NCBI GenBank assembly: GCA_044368305.1
Contig: JBIPLS010000003.1
Location: forward strand, 1-39,609
Direction: 5' to 3'
Source of the DNA: Pirellulales bacterium
GTDB lineage: Bacteria > Planctomycetota > Planctomycetia > Pirellulales > UBA1268
Length of the DNA: 39,609 nucleotides
In this document: positions 36,488 to 39,609 of the stretch, piece by piece
Numbering within the stretch: position 1 is the stretch's first letter
Layout: every line of letters starts with the position of its first letter
Translations under genes and position numbers: made by a program
The notes under the pieces: model-generated
What the model was told of the DNA's origin: nothing
The model's database searches: none
The model's input: only the letters and a program-made list of their open reading frames with translations

Positions 36488-36565
36488 CCTCGGGCTTGGC
36501 GCCCGAGGCTTCATAAACCGGCACGTGGCCACGCCCCTATGAAGCCCCCTGCGCGAGCCGGGGGG
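36488..36565. repeat. Back-to-back pair of the same REP/PATE-like hairpin repeat
   Basis: 36488-36514 (-) ATGAAGCCTCGGGCGCCAAGCCCGAGG and 36539-36564 (+) ATGAAGCCCCCTGCGCGAGCCGGGGG. Confidence 0.75.
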
Positions 36566-36801
36566 TCCGCGGGGCTGTTCGCGGGAAGCCGCCCAGATCA
36601 CACGGGTGGCGTATTCAACGTGATGGCCCACGGAAATCCCTGATGGACCATAATTCTCGGGAACAAATTCCGGGCGTGGTGCATGAACGTCCGCCGGCTG
36701 GCGATCAAGGACGAGCTTCTGGCGATGAAACTCCTGGGCCGTTCGGTGGTGCTGCCGGGCCTGGCCATTCCCGGCCCCGGCGGCCCGCGGCCCAAGGAGT
36801 G

Positions 36802-38034
36802 CTAACGGGCGGGCCCGAGGTCCAGCTTCTTCCACTTCCGGCCGGCGAGCTTGGCCCGGACCGCTTCCGGGATCGGCCCGTTGTCCTGGAACGTGAGCGA
36901 ATGGAGTCTCGGCATCTCCGCGATGCGGTCGAGGCACGCGGCCGAGACGCCCGTTTCCCGGATCGACAGCTCCTGAAGGTTCGGCAGGGCGGCGATCAGG
37001 GCCACGGTCGCATCGGTCATCTTCGGCAGCCGCCACACGTCGAGCACCTCCAGCCGCTTGGCCGCGGCCAGGTGGGCCAGTCCCGCGTCGCCGACCGAGC
37101 CGAGTTCGTGCAGATACAGCCGCTCGATCGCCGGCAGGTCGGCGAGCACGGCGAGGCCGGCGTCGTCCACGTCGGGCAGATCGCGGAGCGTGAGCCGGAC
37201 CAGCTTCTTGAGCGGCGCCAGCGCCGTCACCCCCGCGGAGCCGAATCCCTGGCAGCGGAAGATCTCCAGCGACTCCAGCGTGCGGATCCGCCCCAGGGCC
37301 GGGCCTGCGGCGCTGGTGATCGCGAAATCCTGGGCCAGCAGCGAGACGAGCGACGGGCTCGCGGCCAGCCGCTCGATGCCGTCGTCAGTGACGGTCGTGC
37401 TGCGGTGCTTGAGGGCCCGCAGGTGCGGCAGTGTGCCGAGCACGCCGAGCGTCAGGTCGCCGGCCTCCATGTTTCCCCGCAGGTCGACGCTCTGCAGGGC
37501 CTGCAGCTTGACGAGCCGCCGCGTGTTGATGTCGTTGAAGCGGTTTTGCATGAGCCCCAGCCGCTGCAACTTCTCGAGGCGGGAGATCCACTTGAGCGCC
37601 TGGCCCGTGACGTTCGCGTTCGAGGACAGGTCGAGGTCGACGAGGCCCGGGAAGGCCGTGGCGATCGTCTCCACCGCCGCGTCGGTGATCGCGCTGTTGA
37701 CGATGTCCAGCGTCTCGAGGTGCTGCAGGCCGACCAGCGCGCGGACCGTCTCGTCGTCGAGGCCGCGGCAATCCGAGACCTGCAGCGTGCGCAGGCCGGC
37801 CAGTCGGCCGCAGGCGGCGACGTCCGCGGGGGTCACCCTGGCCCCGTTGGCGATCACGACGCCGGTGACGCGACCGGTGTCGTCGGAAGCCAGTTCCACC
37901 TTCGCCCCCAGCGATTCCAGCCGAGCGACGATCGCCTTGTCGTCGGCCGCGGCGGCCGGCCGTGGCACGGCACAGAGCAGTGCCACCAGGCATACCCACG
38001 AGGGCGGGATCACCGGGAATCTGGTGTGCGGCAT
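36802..38034 (-). CDS. Exported leucine-rich-repeat protein
   Basis: Signal peptide, then about 12 LxxLxLxx...(V/I)TD repeats (LETLDIVNSAITD, LVDLDLSSNANVTG, LQELSIRETGVS). Confidence 0.88.
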   Translation of the reverse strand: MPHTRFPVIPPSWVCLVALLCAVPRPAAAADDKAIVARLESLGAKVELASDDTGRVTGVVIANGARVTPADVAACGRLAGLRTLQVSDCRGLDDETVRALVGLQHLETLDIVNSAITDAAVETIATAFPGLVDLDLSSNANVTGQALKWISRLEKLQRLGLMQNRFNDINTRRLVKLQALQSVDLRGNMEAGDLTLGVLGTLPHLRALKHRSTTVTDDGIERLAASPSLVSLLAQDFAITSAAGPALGRIRTLESLEIFRCQGFGSAGVTALAPLKKLVRLTLRDLPDVDDAGLAVLADLPAIERLYLHELGSVGDAGLAHLAAAKRLEVLDVWRLPKMTDATVALIAALPNLQELSIRETGVSAACLDRIAEMPRLHSLTFQDNGPIPEAVRAKLAGRKWKKLDLGPAR

Positions 38035-38056
38035 GGGGTTCCTCCGGGGCAAGGTG

Positions 38057-39589
38057 TCAGGCGTCGAGCGTGTAGCCGGCGGGATACGTGGGCTTGATCA
38101 GATTGGCCACGCCGGGCGTTCGCAGCGCGGCGAGGTTCGTGACGCGGAGGTTGCCCGCGTCCCACTCCACCTTCTCGCCCCAGTCGCCGAGCGTCCCGCC
38201 GGGGCCGCCCTGTGCGGCGGCCCAGACGGCCAGGTTGCCCAGCAGGATCGTCTCGGTGAGCGGCCCGGCGCGGTCCACGAAGTTCGATTGGGCGATGCGT
38301 GGATCGCCGGCCTGCTTCGCCCGGAACAGCTCGAACATGTTGTCGGCGTCGAATCCCTTGCCGGTATCCGTCGCCGGCTCGAAATCGACCTTTCCCTTCG
38401 CCACGCCGCGCAGATCGTAGTTCGAGCAATAGTCGTCGTGCGACCAGAAGGCGCCCTGCTCGCCGACGAGAAGGATGCCCCGGTCGGACGACTTGTCGAC
38501 GCCCCACTTGGCGAGCACCTCGGCCGGCGGCCTGTTGCCCTTGCGGTCGTACCACCAGAACTGGATCGCCGGCCGCTCCGCCGTCGCCGGGAACTCGAAC
38601 TTGATGACGGAACTCGCCGGGAAACTGTCGAAGTCATGACCGCTGGTCCGGGCGACCACCGACACCGGGTCGCGGAGTCCGCAGGCTGCGAAGGGCACCG
38701 TGAGCATGTGGCAAGCCATGTCGCCCAGGGCGCCCGTGCCGAAGTCCCACCAGCCGCGGTGCTGGAAAGCGTGGTAGAGCCCGGGCCAGTACTCGCGAAA
38801 CGGCGCCACTCCCAGCCAGCTCTTCCAGTCGAGCCGCTCGAGCGACCTCGTGATGTCTTGCTGCTTCTTGTCAACGAGTTCGGCGACGATCCTCGCCACC
38901 TCCGCGGCCGAGGCGTCGGCCGCCTCGGTATCCTCGACCTCGGCCATGGCCTGTGCCTGATACGTGCGCAGTGACATGCGCCGTCCGGGGCCCTGGGCCC
39001 AGATCGGACGGTTCGACCAGGCGTAGACTTCCCGCAGCGGGCCCAGCACGCCGGACCGCAGCTGGGCGATCGCCTCGCGGGACGCGGGCAGCGCCGTGCC
39101 CTGGTTGCCCATCTGGGTGCATACGCCCTTGTCGGCCGTCCGCGCCGCCACCTGCGCGAGGAGGCGGGCCTCGTGGATCGTGCGGGTCAACGGCTTCTGC
39201 GTGTAGCAGCTGATGCCCTGCCGCATGGCGTCGAGCGTGATCGCCGCGTGCATGTGGTCGGGCGTGCTGATCGTGAGGATGTCGATCTTCTTGCCGTACT
39301 TGGCCAGCAGTTCGCGGTAGTCGGTGAACCGCTCCGCCGCCCGGAACCGCTCGCCGCGGCCCTTGCTCTCCAGGGTCTGCAGGTCCACGTCGCAGATGGC
39401 GATCACGTCGCCGAACAGGGCCGCGTTGTCGGCGTCGCTGCCCCCCTTGCCGCCGACGCCGATGCAGCCCACTGTGGGCCGCTCGACGGCTGCCTGCGAG
39501 TAGGCCGGGCGGCTGCCGGCGGCCACGAAGAAGCCGGCGCCGGCAAGGCCGGAGCCGGCCAGAAACCGACGGCGTGAAGAAGGAGCCAT
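38057..39589 (-). CDS. Tat-exported Gfo/Idh/MocA oxidoreductase
   Basis: SRRRFL Tat motif, GCIGVGGKG, ISTPDHMH, TQKPLT, TQMGNQG, WWDFGTGALGDMACH. Confidence 0.93.
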   Translation of the reverse strand: MAPSSRRRFLAGSGLAGAGFFVAAGSRPAYSQAAVERPTVGCIGVGGKGGSDADNAALFGDVIAICDVDLQTLESKGRGERFRAAERFTDYRELLAKYGKKIDILTISTPDHMHAAITLDAMRQGISCYTQKPLTRTIHEARLLAQVAARTADKGVCTQMGNQGTALPASREAIAQLRSGVLGPLREVYAWSNRPIWAQGPGRRMSLRTYQAQAMAEVEDTEAADASAAEVARIVAELVDKKQQDITRSLERLDWKSWLGVAPFREYWPGLYHAFQHRGWWDFGTGALGDMACHMLTVPFAACGLRDPVSVVARTSGHDFDSFPASSVIKFEFPATAERPAIQFWWYDRKGNRPPAEVLAKWGVDKSSDRGILLVGEQGAFWSHDDYCSNYDLRGVAKGKVDFEPATDTGKGFDADNMFELFRAKQAGDPRIAQSNFVDRAGPLTETILLGNLAVWAAAQGGPGGTLGDWGEKVEWDAGNLRVTNLAALRTPGVANLIKPTYPAGYTLDA

Positions 39590-39609
39590 AGCGGCCTCCG
39601 GGCGTTTGG

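Noticed and set aside
36305-36643. 112-aa ORF in the track
   Set aside because: It starts inside tRNA-His and runs through the repeat doublet, so it is not a credible gene.
36641-36680. Selenocysteine readthrough of the in-frame TGA
   Set aside because: Only a weak GGAA-CAAA-TTCC stem with no G in the loop follows the TGA, and there is no redox-motif context.

Overview
A 39.6 kb, very GC-rich bacterial window, most likely from a planctomycete. That assignment is inferred from the PurS-PurS-PurL fusion, the HEAT/TPR/PEP-CTERM hypotheticals, a Tat-exported Gfo/Idh/MocA protein and the hpf-EIIA-HPr-EI-rne/rng-rplU string. It is mostly core or housekeeping DNA: a partial purL, tyrA, an orphan PilC/GspF, an SLC13 permease, an HDAC, an amidohydrolase, an LplA-like protein, a ferritin-like protein, an AroE-like protein, a regulatory PTS operon, RNase E/G, L21, UbiD, OsmC, PhoD, RarA, a SigK/RskA-like ECF pair, Dtd, tRNA-Arg(CCG) and tRNA-His(GTG). 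I see no integrase, transposase, CRISPR array or defence system, and I cannot support a large novel multi-gene system. The best unexplained signals are five. (1) A family of hairpin repeats (ATRAAG + GC palindrome) with compensatory changes, found in two distant clusters. (2) A Coq4-motif protein. (3) An anti-sigma-like membrane protein heading the PTS operon. (4) An AroE homolog lacking its catalytic motifs. (5) Twin GGA-loop hairpins over the RBS of a small gene, resembling CsrA sites. All family calls are by eye from motifs; no database searches were run.
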